In this document: positions 1 through 9,480 of the stretch, piece after piece
Layout of the letters: every line of letters begins with the position of its first letter
Numbering within the stretch: position 1 is the stretch's first letter
Origin: a virus
Lineage: Duplodnaviria > Heunggongvirae > Uroviricota > Caudoviricetes
Virus record (IMG/VR): IMGVR_UViG_3300036945_000745
DNA: 29,282 nt
Strand: one strand, 5' to 3'
The notes under the pieces: generated by a model
Told to the model about the DNA's origin: nothing
The model's database searches: none
Seen by the model: only the letters and a program-made list of their open reading frames with translations
Made by a program: the position numbers and the translations under genes

Positions 1-1245
1 TGGCAATTGCAATTGCTGAAACTTAGGTTGTATTTTGGTATAAATACCATAGTGATTTAATATTTTATCAAAATCTTCAGTCATTTTAATTAAACCAAAG
101 TTTACTAAATTATGTTTACCCAATTTAGATGCTTCGGCTTTATACTTATCGTAGTTTTTATAAACATCTTTTATTACAGGCAGTGCTTTCGAAACATTTA
201 CATTAAACCATTGAGATTCTTTTAATAAAAATTGGTCAGCCGCAGATTCGTGTACGGGCTTTAAATCACCTTCCAATAATACAGCTCCTTCTTTTAAGAA
301 ATCTAAGTGACCACTCCAATTAGAAACAATAACAGGCTTACCCGTTAAACTGAATTCCAATAAAGGTCTACCAAATCCCTCACCCTTTGTAAAGTTTAAC
401 ATAGCCTTTACTTTCGAATGTTCATATAAACCATTCATTTCAGATGCGGTTAAATCCCCATGCAATAAATAAATTGCAACTGATTTATAATCTTTACCCA
501 ATACTTCTCGTATTTTCTTAATGGTATTTTCTCTATCAATTACACTAAATCCAGCTGATGATGTTTTTAGAACTAATGCTGGCTTAACTTTTTCGTTTTT
601 GAATGCCATTGCGAATGTTTTAATCATCATTCCCACATTCTTTCTATCCTCTCCTAAATCACCTCTTAACCAATGTCCTACGAATAAGAATGCAAAGTCT
701 TCTTTGATTGAATCTAATTCCGTAATATGTGCAACATGCTCTGTTCCAAAATCACTTTCATCAAATCCTTCAAATAAAACATTAACTGGTTTAGTAATTT
801 TGTATTGTCCTATTAATTGACCAGTCTTTTTATCTTGCTCATTATAAATAGTATCTACTAAACTTTTCTTTGAATGTTCGGATGGAACTATGATTAAATC
901 CATTCTATTACATCCGTGAATCCAATCTAATGCACAATGTGTAGTTTCGATTGCGGCTGTGATACCAATGTTATAATGCCCTAATGGTTGAAATTCATTT
1001 GGAACAGTTACTTGGATATAAATATCCGGCTTTTGTTGGATGCCTGGAATGATATTATCTACTACCCATTTATGAAATTCGTTATCATAATTTAATGCAT
1101 CCATTGGGGTATTTCCCCAACGAGTACTAATTACTTTAATTTCAAATTTATCCAACTTATATAATGAATGTAATAAATCTCTAGCGTGGTCACCATATCC
1201 ACTTCTTGTTGCTACCGGTGCTTGAAATACTAATGTTGGTTTCAT
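1..1245 (-). CDS. GT4-family (GT-B) glycosyltransferase, 3' end runs off the window (not in ORF track)
   Basis: Manual translation from ATG at 1245: MKPTLVFQAPVATRSGYGDHARD...FLFVGHWL..DRKNVG...KGEGFGRPLLEFSLTGKPVIVSNWSG. Canonical E-X7-E GT4 motif; open for 415 codons to the window edge. Confidence 0.88.
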   Translation of the reverse strand, partial: MKPTLVFQAPVATRSGYGDHARDLLHSLYKLDKFEIKVISTRWGNTPMDALNYDNEFHKWVVDNIIPGIQQKPDIYIQVTVPNEFQPLGHYNIGITAAIETTHCALDWIHGCNRMDLIIVPSEHSKKSLVDTIYNEQDKKTGQLIGQYKITKPVNVLFEGFDESDFGTEHVAHITELDSIKEDFAFLFVGHWLRGDLGEDRKNVGMMIKTFAMAFKNEKVKPALVLKTSSAGFSVIDRENTIKKIREVLGKDYKSVAIYLLHGDLTASEMNGLYEHSKVKAMLNFTKGEGFGRPLLEFSLTGKPVIVSNWSGHLDFLKEGAVLLEGDLKPVHESAADQFLLKESQWFNVNVSKALPVIKDVYKNYDKYKAEASKLGKHNLVNFGLIKMTEDFDKILNHYGIYTKIQPKFQQLQLP

Positions 1246-1246
1246 A

Positions 1247-2626
1247 TTATAACTCTATTAACTTAAATTTTTGTTTTGGTTTCCAATTTTCAAATGCTCC
1301 CTCCATACCATCTACTAATGTTTTACACATAGCTTCTCTATTTAATAAGCCTTCTCCCATAAAGTATTTTCTTCCCTTTAATCCGGCGGCTTTTCTTTCT
1401 TCTCTTCCGATTCTATACCAATCCATAATCAATGGTGCCACATCTTCGAAATCAACTCTATCATCAAAGATATATGGAGTAGGAACTGAACCTGTTGTTG
1501 AGCGAACTGGCCAAATTGGTTTAACCCAATCTCCCCAAACTACACCCTCTTTTTTATGTTTATTATGTAATGAACCAATTTCAACATAATCATCGGCTGT
1601 CAATAATTTGCCCGTACCTTTATCTCTAAATCCACATTGGTCTTGCATACCACCTGTAACATTTAGAATAATAGGAGTTCCTGCCATTACCGATTCAGCG
1701 GTTGTTAACCCAAATCCTTCATTTGATGCTAAATTAATTGTAACATCAGCTATATTGTAAAGATAGTTCAATTGTTCTTCTGAATATTTATTTGGTAAAA
1801 ATATTACATTAGAATCTGGCATACAATGTTCAATGAATGTTGGTAAATCAGTACCATGTTCTTGTACGGGTTCGGTATGCATTAACATACATACTTTATC
1901 TTGCATATCTTTGGGTAATGCTTCTCTGAATTTATCAAAAGCAAGCATAGCATCCATTGGCTGCTTTCTCCTAATATTTCTATTACTCCAATAAAGAACA
2001 AATTCATATTCTTTATCTCCAAAAACGCTTTCTTTAAAATCTTTTGGAACTTCTACTGGTTTGTATAATTCTGAATTAATACCATGTGGTACATAACTTA
2101 CCTGCCAATCTTCTAATGGTTTCCAATGTGATTCCTTATCCCAAGTACCAACTCGCTTTACGATACCATATGTTTGTTTGGAAATACATCCCAACCAATC
2201 ACAACTTTCATAATAATTACGATTGTATTTAGGGTCTGGCAAATCATCCCAAATATGATAAAAGAAAATTGGAACTGATTGACGTAATTCATGCTCCATT
2301 TCGTACAACCAAATCCAATAGCGAGGGTCAGTAAAGTGTAAAATTGCATCAGGCTTTTCAATCATCAATAATTGACGAATGATATCTGGACTACCATACC
2401 CATCCGATGGGTAAATCTTAACTTCAGCATCGGTGATGCCCGTTTGTTGTCTAACACTCTCATTTAAATCCAAAACTTTTCCAGCTTCAGGATGTTTAAT
2501 CGCTGCTCCCAATTGAACCCAATCGTATTTATCAACTGTACCCAATACTAATTGTTTGGATACGTTTGCTATACCACTTGTCATTCTTAGGTCATCAGAA
2601 AGTAATAGTATTTTCTTTTTTGCCAT
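1247..2626 (-). CDS. GT4-family (GT-B) glycosyltransferase
   Basis: N-terminal ILLLSD...SG, YVPHGI, NRNIRRK, and SNEGFGLTTAESVMAGTPII (E-X7-E motif). Confidence 0.9.
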   Translation of the reverse strand: MAKKKILLLSDDLRMTSGIANVSKQLVLGTVDKYDWVQLGAAIKHPEAGKVLDLNESVRQQTGITDAEVKIYPSDGYGSPDIIRQLLMIEKPDAILHFTDPRYWIWLYEMEHELRQSVPIFFYHIWDDLPDPKYNRNYYESCDWLGCISKQTYGIVKRVGTWDKESHWKPLEDWQVSYVPHGINSELYKPVEVPKDFKESVFGDKEYEFVLYWSNRNIRRKQPMDAMLAFDKFREALPKDMQDKVCMLMHTEPVQEHGTDLPTFIEHCMPDSNVIFLPNKYSEEQLNYLYNIADVTINLASNEGFGLTTAESVMAGTPIILNVTGGMQDQCGFRDKGTGKLLTADDYVEIGSLHNKHKKEGVVWGDWVKPIWPVRSTTGSVPTPYIFDDRVDFEDVAPLIMDWYRIGREERKAAGLKGRKYFMGEGLLNREAMCKTLVDGMEGAFENWKPKQKFKLIEL

Positions 2627-2642
2627 AACTTATTTTGTTCTC

Positions 2643-2840
2643 TTAAAATTGTGAACCACTTATTTGTAAAATAGTGTATTCGTTTAATTGTTTTCTAAAT
2701 TCTTCGTTTTTTGTATAAAGGTCTAAAGTTCTATTAACGAGTTTTTGGAAATTTATACCACCGTGTATTGTGATAATTTTAAAGTCCTCATCATATAACT
2801 TTTTTATAACCTTAACAGTTGTTAATTTTAAATCTGCCAT
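2643..2840 (-). CDS. Small hypothetical protein (65 aa, start MADLKLTTVKV), possibly DNA-binding
   Basis: Co-oriented ORF filling the gap between genes. The internal ATG at 2840 fits better than the 2864 start in the ORF track. Confidence 0.7.
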   Translation of the reverse strand: MADLKLTTVKVIKKLYDEDFKIITIHGGINFQKLVNRTLDLYTKNEEFRKQLNEYTILQISGSQF

Positions 2841-2878
2841 AGTTGATAATATTTGTATATACATATATATACAAAAAA

Positions 2879-3742
2879 TTATTTTCCATCACAAATTCCT
2901 CTTTGTTTAAATTCACACCAAGGGCAAAGTTTGGATGGCCTCTTTGGATATTCCACATCGGTTCTATATGAACCATCCGCATTAAATACACTATCTACGA
3001 ATTCGGTAAACCCTCTCCACGCTTTATTCATAGATGGCTTACCACTAGCGGGTATGTGTCTACTAATACGGGGAATATGAAAGTCAGCCGTTTCGGATAC
3101 TTTACGTTTTAGTATAATAAATTCTACTTCAATCATATCCTCCGAAATTTTCAGCATTTCTGCATAGAATTTCTTATACAATAATATTTGTGTGTTTTTT
3201 ATTGGGTCTGATTTCTGATATTTACTCCACCCCTTTGTGGATGTTTTGAAATCGGTAATACGATATTTGCCAGTAGTTTTACTTCTAACAATAAAATCGA
3301 TGAAACCCAAAAATTGTACATTTTCCGCTATCTTAGTATTAATTACTTGCTCAATTGCAACTAATTCATCATCTTTTAACGAAAAGAAATTATTAAAGTT
3401 TTTGGGTTTTTGGAAGTAATCCAATATAAGATACCCATCTTCTAAGAATTCTACTAATTCTTCTTTAGAACATATTGGGTCTTTGCCATCATCGGATTCT
3501 TTGATAAAGAACTCTCTCATCTTTTCTTTAAGAAAAGCCTTCGTATCCATTCCCTTATCAGCTTGTGATTTGGAGATACGAAGGCATCTACTTAAATATT
3601 CCTGCAATGTCTCATGCATTGCTGAACCAAATACAGAATGTATATTGGATGATGATTGTCTTAAATCATCTATGTAGGATAATTTGTATTGTAGTGGGCA
3701 ACTGCTCCACATACTATATTGGGAAAATGATACTCTAGCCAT
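2879..3742 (-). CDS. PD-(D/E)XK Cas4/AddB/RecB-like exonuclease with probable Fe-S cluster
   Basis: SFSQ...CP..Y, FGSAMHE, GFIDFI, ITDFKTS, QILLY and C-terminal CPWCEFKQRGIC (1+3 Cys arrangement). Confidence 0.9.
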   Translation of the reverse strand: MARVSFSQYSMWSSCPLQYKLSYIDDLRQSSSNIHSVFGSAMHETLQEYLSRCLRISKSQADKGMDTKAFLKEKMREFFIKESDDGKDPICSKEELVEFLEDGYLILDYFQKPKNFNNFFSLKDDELVAIEQVINTKIAENVQFLGFIDFIVRSKTTGKYRITDFKTSTKGWSKYQKSDPIKNTQILLYKKFYAEMLKISEDMIEVEFIILKRKVSETADFHIPRISRHIPASGKPSMNKAWRGFTEFVDSVFNADGSYRTDVEYPKRPSKLCPWCEFKQRGICDGK

Positions 3743-3746
3743 ATAA

Positions 3747-3778
3747 CAAATATACGAATTTTATTTGAATAAACCAAA
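3747..3778 (-). promoter_or_regulatory. Bacteroidota-type sigma70 promoter (-33 TTTG, -7 TATATTTG)
   Basis: Minus strand TTTG-gtttattcaaataaaattcg(20 nt)-TATATTTG, followed by 4 nt and the ATG at 3742. Confidence 0.8.
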
Positions 3779-3781
3779 GAA

Positions 3782-4234
3782 TTATATCTTTAATTTAAGT
3801 TTCGTAATTTGTTTTTTCTCTATACCATATATTTCACATATATATTTGATATTTTCTCTACCTTCTCTAGTTGAGTAGAGAATATCTATATATTCCAATG
3901 CTTGCGATTCCGGTACCGAATAATCTTTCTTAACTAATTCTACTAAAAATTCCTCATACTTATCTTCGGATTTACCTTTTGTATATTTTAAATACTGCTT
4001 ACCTTTTGGTAAAACGCTAATATACAATTTGTACATCTCTTTTGGTTGAAGAGTTTGTGTTAGGGGTAATAATGATGCAACTAGCTCAACCCATTCCGGC
4101 TTCATAGATAGGAATCGATTAATCATAAAGTTACTCCACGATTTTAAATCCTCCTCCGATAACTTATCGAAATAGTTTGGGTCTTGTTCCGCCGTAATTG
4201 CATTAAGATGGTCGAATAACTTTTTAGCTGCCAT
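3782..4234 (-). CDS. Clamp loader small subunit (T4 gp62-like)
   Basis: LFDHLNAI...FMINRFLSM...Y.LYISVLPKGKQYLKY pattern; lies next to the gp44-like subunit. Confidence 0.75.
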   Translation of the reverse strand: MAAKKLFDHLNAITAEQDPNYFDKLSEEDLKSWSNFMINRFLSMKPEWVELVASLLPLTQTLQPKEMYKLYISVLPKGKQYLKYTKGKSEDKYEEFLVELVKKDYSVPESQALEYIDILYSTREGRENIKYICEIYGIEKKQITKLKLKI

Positions 4235-4473
4235 TATTTTTCTTCGTTTGTAGTTTTCAATTCATCGGGTAAAAACTCTTGCAATGGTTTACCACAATTT
4301 GTACATAAGAATGCTTCAAATGGCATAATAGTATCTTTATCTCCACCCGTTAATAACTTAGAAGCCTTGCGAAATCTAAATCCTGGCATAAAAATAACAT
4401 TACCACATTCGCAAGCAACATCTCGCGTATCTTTTAAATCAATTTGCGGTTGTTGAAATTGTTCGTTTATCAT
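4234..4473 (-). CDS. Small zinc-ribbon protein
   Basis: CECG and CTNCG Cys pairs; overlaps both neighbours (ATGA and TAATG). Confidence 0.75.
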   Translation of the reverse strand: MINEQFQQPQIDLKDTRDVACECGNVIFMPGFRFRKASKLLTGGDKDTIMPFEAFLCTNCGKPLQEFLPDELKTTNEEK

Positions 4474-5417
4474 TTTATAATATTTAAAATTTGAATAATT
4501 GTGCTCATAAACACTATTTCTTTATCTACTACTAAAGCATCTTTTGATAATCCATCTGCTATGGTGAGTATCACATTTGCCGTATTTCCGGAAGCGTAAT
4601 CATCTACCTTATCATATAACATAGAATACATTTCTGAATAATCATTTAATCTATTATCAGCAACTGCTTGTCTAATATTTATGAATAGATTTCGTTTATC
4701 ATTTGATGATTTAAGTAGTTCAATTAACTTACTTTGAAAATTGGATTCAACCATAATTGCATGGTCTACTTTCAATTCACCTTTTGCCGATTGTAGTTGG
4801 CAAGTATTTAAGATTCTACGAATATCAGGATAATATGAACTTACAATATCAGCTACATTCTTAATATCATATGTAATCTTTTCTGCATCTAATATCTTAC
4901 TCGCCTGAATTGCCACATCCTTTTTAGTTGGAGGTGTAATGGCAAATGATTGACATCTACTTTGAATCGGGTCAATAATCTTTTCAATGTAATTACAAGT
5001 CAAAATGAATCTACAATGTTTACTGAATGTTTCCATTAAGTTACGAAGAATTGCCTGCGCATTTGGAGTCATATAATCAAACTCATCCAAAATTACAACT
5101 TTAAATCCAGCGAAACCTACTGATGAAGCGAATCCTTTTACTTTGTTACGAACGGTATCGACATTATTTTCATCCGATGCGTTGATAATCATATGGTCAC
5201 ATTTAATTGTGTTTACGATTAACTTTGCTAATGTAGTTTTACCCGTACCCGCCTTACCATAAAGTAATAAGTGAGGGATATCGTTATTATCCAAATATTG
5301 TTGGATTGTTTCTTTGATGGTATCATTACCAACATAATCGGCAAGAGTTTGTGGGCGGTACTTTTCAACCCACAAGCTATGCTCTCTTTTATTAATATCG
5401 TTTGCGAAAAAGCTCAT
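4470..5417 (-). CDS. Clamp loader AAA+ subunit (T4 gp44 / RFC small subunit-like)
   Basis: LWVEKYRP, Walker A GKAGTGKT, INASDE, Walker B ILDEFD, QSRC, PDIRR. Confidence 0.95.
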   Translation of the reverse strand: MSFFANDINKREHSLWVEKYRPQTLADYVGNDTIKETIQQYLDNNDIPHLLLYGKAGTGKTTLAKLIVNTIKCDHMIINASDENNVDTVRNKVKGFASSVGFAGFKVVILDEFDYMTPNAQAILRNLMETFSKHCRFILTCNYIEKIIDPIQSRCQSFAITPPTKKDVAIQASKILDAEKITYDIKNVADIVSSYYPDIRRILNTCQLQSAKGELKVDHAIMVESNFQSKLIELLKSSNDKRNLFINIRQAVADNRLNDYSEMYSMLYDKVDDYASGNTANVILTIADGLSKDALVVDKEIVFMSTIIQILNIIK

Positions 5418-5423
5418 ATTATA

Positions 5424-5849
5424 TTATTTTCCTGTTGAACCGAATCCGCCTTCGCCTCTTTCGGTGTTATTTAATTCATTTACTTCTTCAAATTCAATAG
5501 TTGGGTGAGGGATAATCATAATTTGACAAATCCTATCACCTACTTTATATGCAAGGGAATCTAATCCGTTTTCTTTTTTAAATGTAGCTTGGATTTCTCC
5601 TCTATATCCACTATCAATTACACCAACTGAATTTGATAATATTAATTCATACTTCCTAATTGATGAACGAGGAAATACTAATCCTACAAATCCTTCGGGA
5701 ATTTCCAATGCAATATCAGTTCCATAGGTAATATCAAATGTTGTATTGGATATAATTTTAGTTGCTACTAAATCCATACCAGCATCCCCACTTTTTGCAT
5801 ATGTGGGGATAGTGGCATCGGAATGTAATTTTTTAAGCTTTACTTTCAT
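5424..5849 (-). CDS. dut: Trimeric dUTPase
   Basis: All five motifs: AGMDL, PRSS, GVIDSGYRGE, GDRICQ, RGEGGFGSTG. Confidence 0.97.
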   Translation of the reverse strand: MKVKLKKLHSDATIPTYAKSGDAGMDLVATKIISNTTFDITYGTDIALEIPEGFVGLVFPRSSIRKYELILSNSVGVIDSGYRGEIQATFKKENGLDSLAYKVGDRICQIMIIPHPTIEFEEVNELNNTERGEGGFGSTGK

Positions 5850-6135
5850 TTTCTTTTTTTCTTTCTAATTTTGTTTCTTCAGAAATTGGTCTTGGAAACA
5901 TTTTAAATACCATTCCATTTTGTTGGAAATTTAATCCCTGTCCTTCGATTGGCTCGATTTGCATTTGTAATGGTAACGCATTTTCGCCTTCATTTGAGAA
6001 TGCAAAAACTACTGGTTCATTGTTGAAAAATTGAAAACACCATTCAGCATCTACGATTTTCTTTTCTTCTGGTAATTCAACACTACCTTGCGCTTGTAAT
6101 TCCTCATTTGGGAATACTTCTAATTCTTTTTTCAT
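5833..6135 (-). CDS. Hypothetical protein (100 aa)
   Basis: Co-oriented ORF between the clamp and dut, overlapping the dut start; no motif recognised. Confidence 0.7.
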   Translation of the reverse strand: MKKELEVFPNEELQAQGSVELPEEKKIVDAEWCFQFFNNEPVVFAFSNEGENALPLQMQIEPIEGQGLNFQQNGMVFKMFPRPISEETKLERKKENESKA

Positions 6136-6140
6136 TTTTA

Positions 6141-6854
6141 TTAATTTGAGATTTCTACTAAATAATATTTACATACGAACTCATCAATAATGAATTCAAC
6201 GTGTGCTAACCCATCTGCTGATACATTAAGTTTAGCCGATGTTGCTTCTTTGTTAGCCGTTAAGATTTCTTTAAGATACTTAGCAGAGAATGAAATTGGT
6301 TTAACTTCACCAGCGTAACCTTTTTCACAAGTGAATGTTACTCTATTGGTAGAAATAGTTGAATAACCAATTGCCATTTTTAAATCACCACCTTCGGTGA
6401 ATACAGTGAATGTATCGATATCCGATAATGCACCTTTTGCTTTGATAAACTTATCAATCATAGTAGATGCCATTTCAATACTAATACCGAATTCAGGCAT
6501 TTGCTTCAAATCTGGTACAACGGGAATTACACCCAAATCTGCTAATTGATACGAAGTTTCAGTTTCATCTGAATTCAACTTTAATACAGTTGCTCTATCG
6601 CCAACCATATCAACATTTAAGGATAAGTCGTTATCCAAAATACCTAATAAATTTTTTAACAATGATGTAGTGTAAATACCAACATTGAATGGTTTTGATG
6701 TAAAGCCATTAAAATCCACTTCACCTAACATAGTTTTGTCATCCGAAATGAAACGTACAGATAATTTGTTTCCTTCTGCGTTCCATGCTACTGATTCAAT
6801 AACTCCACCTAGTGAATACTTCTGAATGAATCTTTGTAAATTTTGTTTGTTCAT
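6141..6854 (-). CDS. DNA polymerase sliding clamp (T4 gp45 / PCNA-like)
   Basis: 237 aa with a repeated beta-alpha pattern, GIY....L..LL, YQLAD..VIP, FSAKYLKEIL; sits between PolB and the clamp loader. Confidence 0.8.
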   Translation of the reverse strand: MNKQNLQRFIQKYSLGGVIESVAWNAEGNKLSVRFISDDKTMLGEVDFNGFTSKPFNVGIYTTSLLKNLLGILDNDLSLNVDMVGDRATVLKLNSDETETSYQLADLGVIPVVPDLKQMPEFGISIEMASTMIDKFIKAKGALSDIDTFTVFTEGGDLKMAIGYSTISTNRVTFTCEKGYAGEVKPISFSAKYLKEILTANKEATSAKLNVSADGLAHVEFIIDEFVCKYYLVEISN

Positions 6855-6886
6855 AATCTAATTTTTAAATTTTATTTTTATTGTTG

Positions 6887-6918
6887 TAAATATAAGGAAA
6901 TATTTTGAATGTTCCAAA
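6887..6918 (-). promoter_or_regulatory. Bacteroidota-type sigma70 promoter (variant -7 TATATTTA)
   Basis: Minus strand TTTG-gaacattcaaaatatttcct(20 nt)-TATATTTA, starting immediately after the PolB stop codon. Confidence 0.65.
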
Positions 6919-9480
6919 TTAAAATGAGAAAAACTTTTTGGCAGTTAATGCTTCGGTTGAAGCCTTTTGCCATTTAAGTGCGGTATAGAAATCATCTACC
7001 TTATTTTCCATATCCGAAACATATAATTTATCTCTATCGATGTATTGTTCTACGAAATCCATAATTTCTTTAGGGTCATTGTAATCTTTAAATGCTACGG
7101 TATCTAATCCCAATGGATTATTTTTAAGATATACCCACTTTACTTTATCTCCATCTCTAATTGGTTCGTGCTTATATGGTGCATTAAAGAATTTCAATAA
7201 TCGATTATAAGTGATTCCAGCTTTAACGTGAGCGGGAGTTCCTTTTTCAAAGGAGGCAATCGATTCACCACCATCTTTTCTCCAACTACCATTATCATAC
7301 TTACTCAACTCTTTGATTGCTCCACCCTTTGCTATTTTATTAACCGGAAGGTTAATCATACTAGCTTTGAATGCCAATAGTTTTGTATCAACGTATTCAT
7401 TACCCTTACCCATTAGAATATCTTTCAACATACCACTCATTTGGTCCTGAAATGCTTTGGGGAATGATGAGCGAACTACATCTAATCCTTTAACATCTAA
7501 CTTATCACACGGAATACCATTCTTTAATACCATCCATTGTGCATATCGTTTCTTTGCTACCCAAAATCCGGCTTTACTGATATATTCTTTCTTAATTTCA
7601 AATCTATGATTTTCTTTTGGAATAAAAAAGAATCTTTCGGCTAACATATCGTAGAATGTATTTAAGAATGTTTGGGTTTCGGTTGCGATATTATCCACCT
7701 CAACTGCCATCCTCTTTTCATCAAATGTTTTATATTCTGGGTATCTATGTTTTACCAATGGTTCTGCCATCATATAGATTGAATCGGTATCAATGTAAAC
7801 ATTATAGTCGTCAGTCGTTCCTAATTCTTTCCAATATTTTCTATTTGCCATTTCTGCCGTTTTCTTAATAACAGTTTGGCCCGTAACCGTAACTGCCTCT
7901 GCATTATCAATATCGTAAAACCGAAAGGCGGGAAGACCAAGAACACCATACATAGAGTTAAGAAGAATCTTTTGAACAAGCTGCCTCTTAGCATAAAAGT
8001 CATATTTTTCCGTATCACCCGCTTCACCATATTTTTTTTCTAATTTTCTAAACTCAACACGCTTTTCAAACCAATCATTTAAAATATCAGCGATAAGACC
8101 TTTCTTATCCTGTGTATATAGAACCCCATTTGCAGCTACACCCAAATTACTATCGGCAATAACTTCTTTCAATTCCTGAGTCGTATATTCGTATGTATCA
8201 CCATCCTTACCCACTAACTTATATGTCGTATCCAATCCTCTAATATTGGCTTCTGCATCCCAATTTTCAATCTTACCAACTTTGGTTTCGGGACTGATAT
8301 TTAAGGTCATAATGATTGATGGATATAGCGATGTTAAGTCCAAATCATAAATCCAATCATACTTACCAACAATTGGTTCTTTTACATATGCTCCAATAAA
8401 CTTCTCTTGGTTATTATCCCTAAGAGCCTGCATTCTTTCCTTTCTATCTTTTGGCTTATTGGTTGCAACTAATCCTTTCTTTTTAAGATACCCCAAACAA
8501 GCTCCTTCTAACCATTTGGATGAGTAGATGTAATCTTCATATGGAACAAATCCAGCGTGACAAACTGCTCTACATAATTCAATAAATTGAAGTTTCTCAT
8601 CCATCGATACAACTAAATCCACATCGACAATGTTGTATTCAATAAATTTTTCTAAATCATTTTCGAATAAATCATCCAAACTTCCTTCGTACTCAATCTT
8701 ACCTCTACCCAACTCTTTGGTAGCAATGTAGTTTAGAGTATAAGATGCTTCTAATGTATATGTGTAAGTTTTATATAGATTGATGTAATCCAAAATAGCT
8801 ACACCGCCAAAACTAAATTTCTCTCTATATGGAGACCAGAATGCTTGTCCAATTGGTGATAATCGTTTAGCGTTGCCCTCACCACATACATTCTTTAGTC
8901 GGTTATACAAATATGGAATATCAAAGAAATCGATGTTCCATCCAGTCAAAATGGTTGGATTGATTTCTTCATAGTAATTAAGGAATGCCTGTAATAGGTT
9001 TCGTTCGTTATCAAATATATGAAGCGTAACCTCTCTACCATCTTTATTGAAGTTTTTAGCTTTGTTTTTTACCTTTCTTTCTTTATCCAATACAAATACA
9101 TCATACAACTTCGTTGCTCCATCGTGAGCCGCAATTGCTGTAATTTCATTCTTTGCATCTTTTGTAGATGGTAGACCTGATATCATTTCTACCTCAATAT
9201 CGAATGTGAGAACTCTATGTCCTTTTGATGGTAAATCATTATCGTATATATCTACTAAAACTCTCGTTGTTTCTGGAACATCTGATTCAAATAAATCTTC
9301 GGCATCTTCCTTTTCCCATTTACCAATTTTGGTTAGTTTATCTCCATACATAGAAAGATACTCACCATGTGCATCTCGTTTGTATGCATACTTTCGATAT
9401 GGGAAAGTTTGATATCCACTTTTATCATCCCATAGATGGATTAAATTCTTCTGTCTTTCGTAATAAATGTTTTGATACAT
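6919..9480 (-). CDS. polB: Family B DNA polymerase (T4 gp43-like) with 3'-5' exonuclease
   Basis: ExoI FDIEV, ExoII GWNIDFFDIPY, ExoIII YNIVD; motif A DLTSLYPS, motif B KILLNSMYG, motif C YIDTDS, plus KKRYA. No intein-sized insertion. Confidence 0.98.
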   Translation of the reverse strand: MYQNIYYERQKNLIHLWDDKSGYQTFPYRKYAYKRDAHGEYLSMYGDKLTKIGKWEKEDAEDLFESDVPETTRVLVDIYDNDLPSKGHRVLTFDIEVEMISGLPSTKDAKNEITAIAAHDGATKLYDVFVLDKERKVKNKAKNFNKDGREVTLHIFDNERNLLQAFLNYYEEINPTILTGWNIDFFDIPYLYNRLKNVCGEGNAKRLSPIGQAFWSPYREKFSFGGVAILDYINLYKTYTYTLEASYTLNYIATKELGRGKIEYEGSLDDLFENDLEKFIEYNIVDVDLVVSMDEKLQFIELCRAVCHAGFVPYEDYIYSSKWLEGACLGYLKKKGLVATNKPKDRKERMQALRDNNQEKFIGAYVKEPIVGKYDWIYDLDLTSLYPSIIMTLNISPETKVGKIENWDAEANIRGLDTTYKLVGKDGDTYEYTTQELKEVIADSNLGVAANGVLYTQDKKGLIADILNDWFEKRVEFRKLEKKYGEAGDTEKYDFYAKRQLVQKILLNSMYGVLGLPAFRFYDIDNAEAVTVTGQTVIKKTAEMANRKYWKELGTTDDYNVYIDTDSIYMMAEPLVKHRYPEYKTFDEKRMAVEVDNIATETQTFLNTFYDMLAERFFFIPKENHRFEIKKEYISKAGFWVAKKRYAQWMVLKNGIPCDKLDVKGLDVVRSSFPKAFQDQMSGMLKDILMGKGNEYVDTKLLAFKASMINLPVNKIAKGGAIKELSKYDNGSWRKDGGESIASFEKGTPAHVKAGITYNRLLKFFNAPYKHEPIRDGDKVKWVYLKNNPLGLDTVAFKDYNDPKEIMDFVEQYIDRDKLYVSDMENKVDDFYTALKWQKASTEALTAKKFFSF

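Noticed and set aside
2879-3742. CRISPR-Cas locus suggested by the Cas4-like gene
   Set aside because: No cas1, cas2 or effector genes and no repeat-spacer array. The only tandem repeat (21409-21449) is a 12-bp coding repeat without spacers.
3782-9480. Archaeal, eukaryotic-virus or cellular origin suggested by PolB, RFC-like and PCNA-like genes
   Set aside because: gp62-, gp32- and gp41-like genes, PhoH, GroES without GroEL, Mom and bacterial sigma70 promoters fit a large tailed bacteriophage better.
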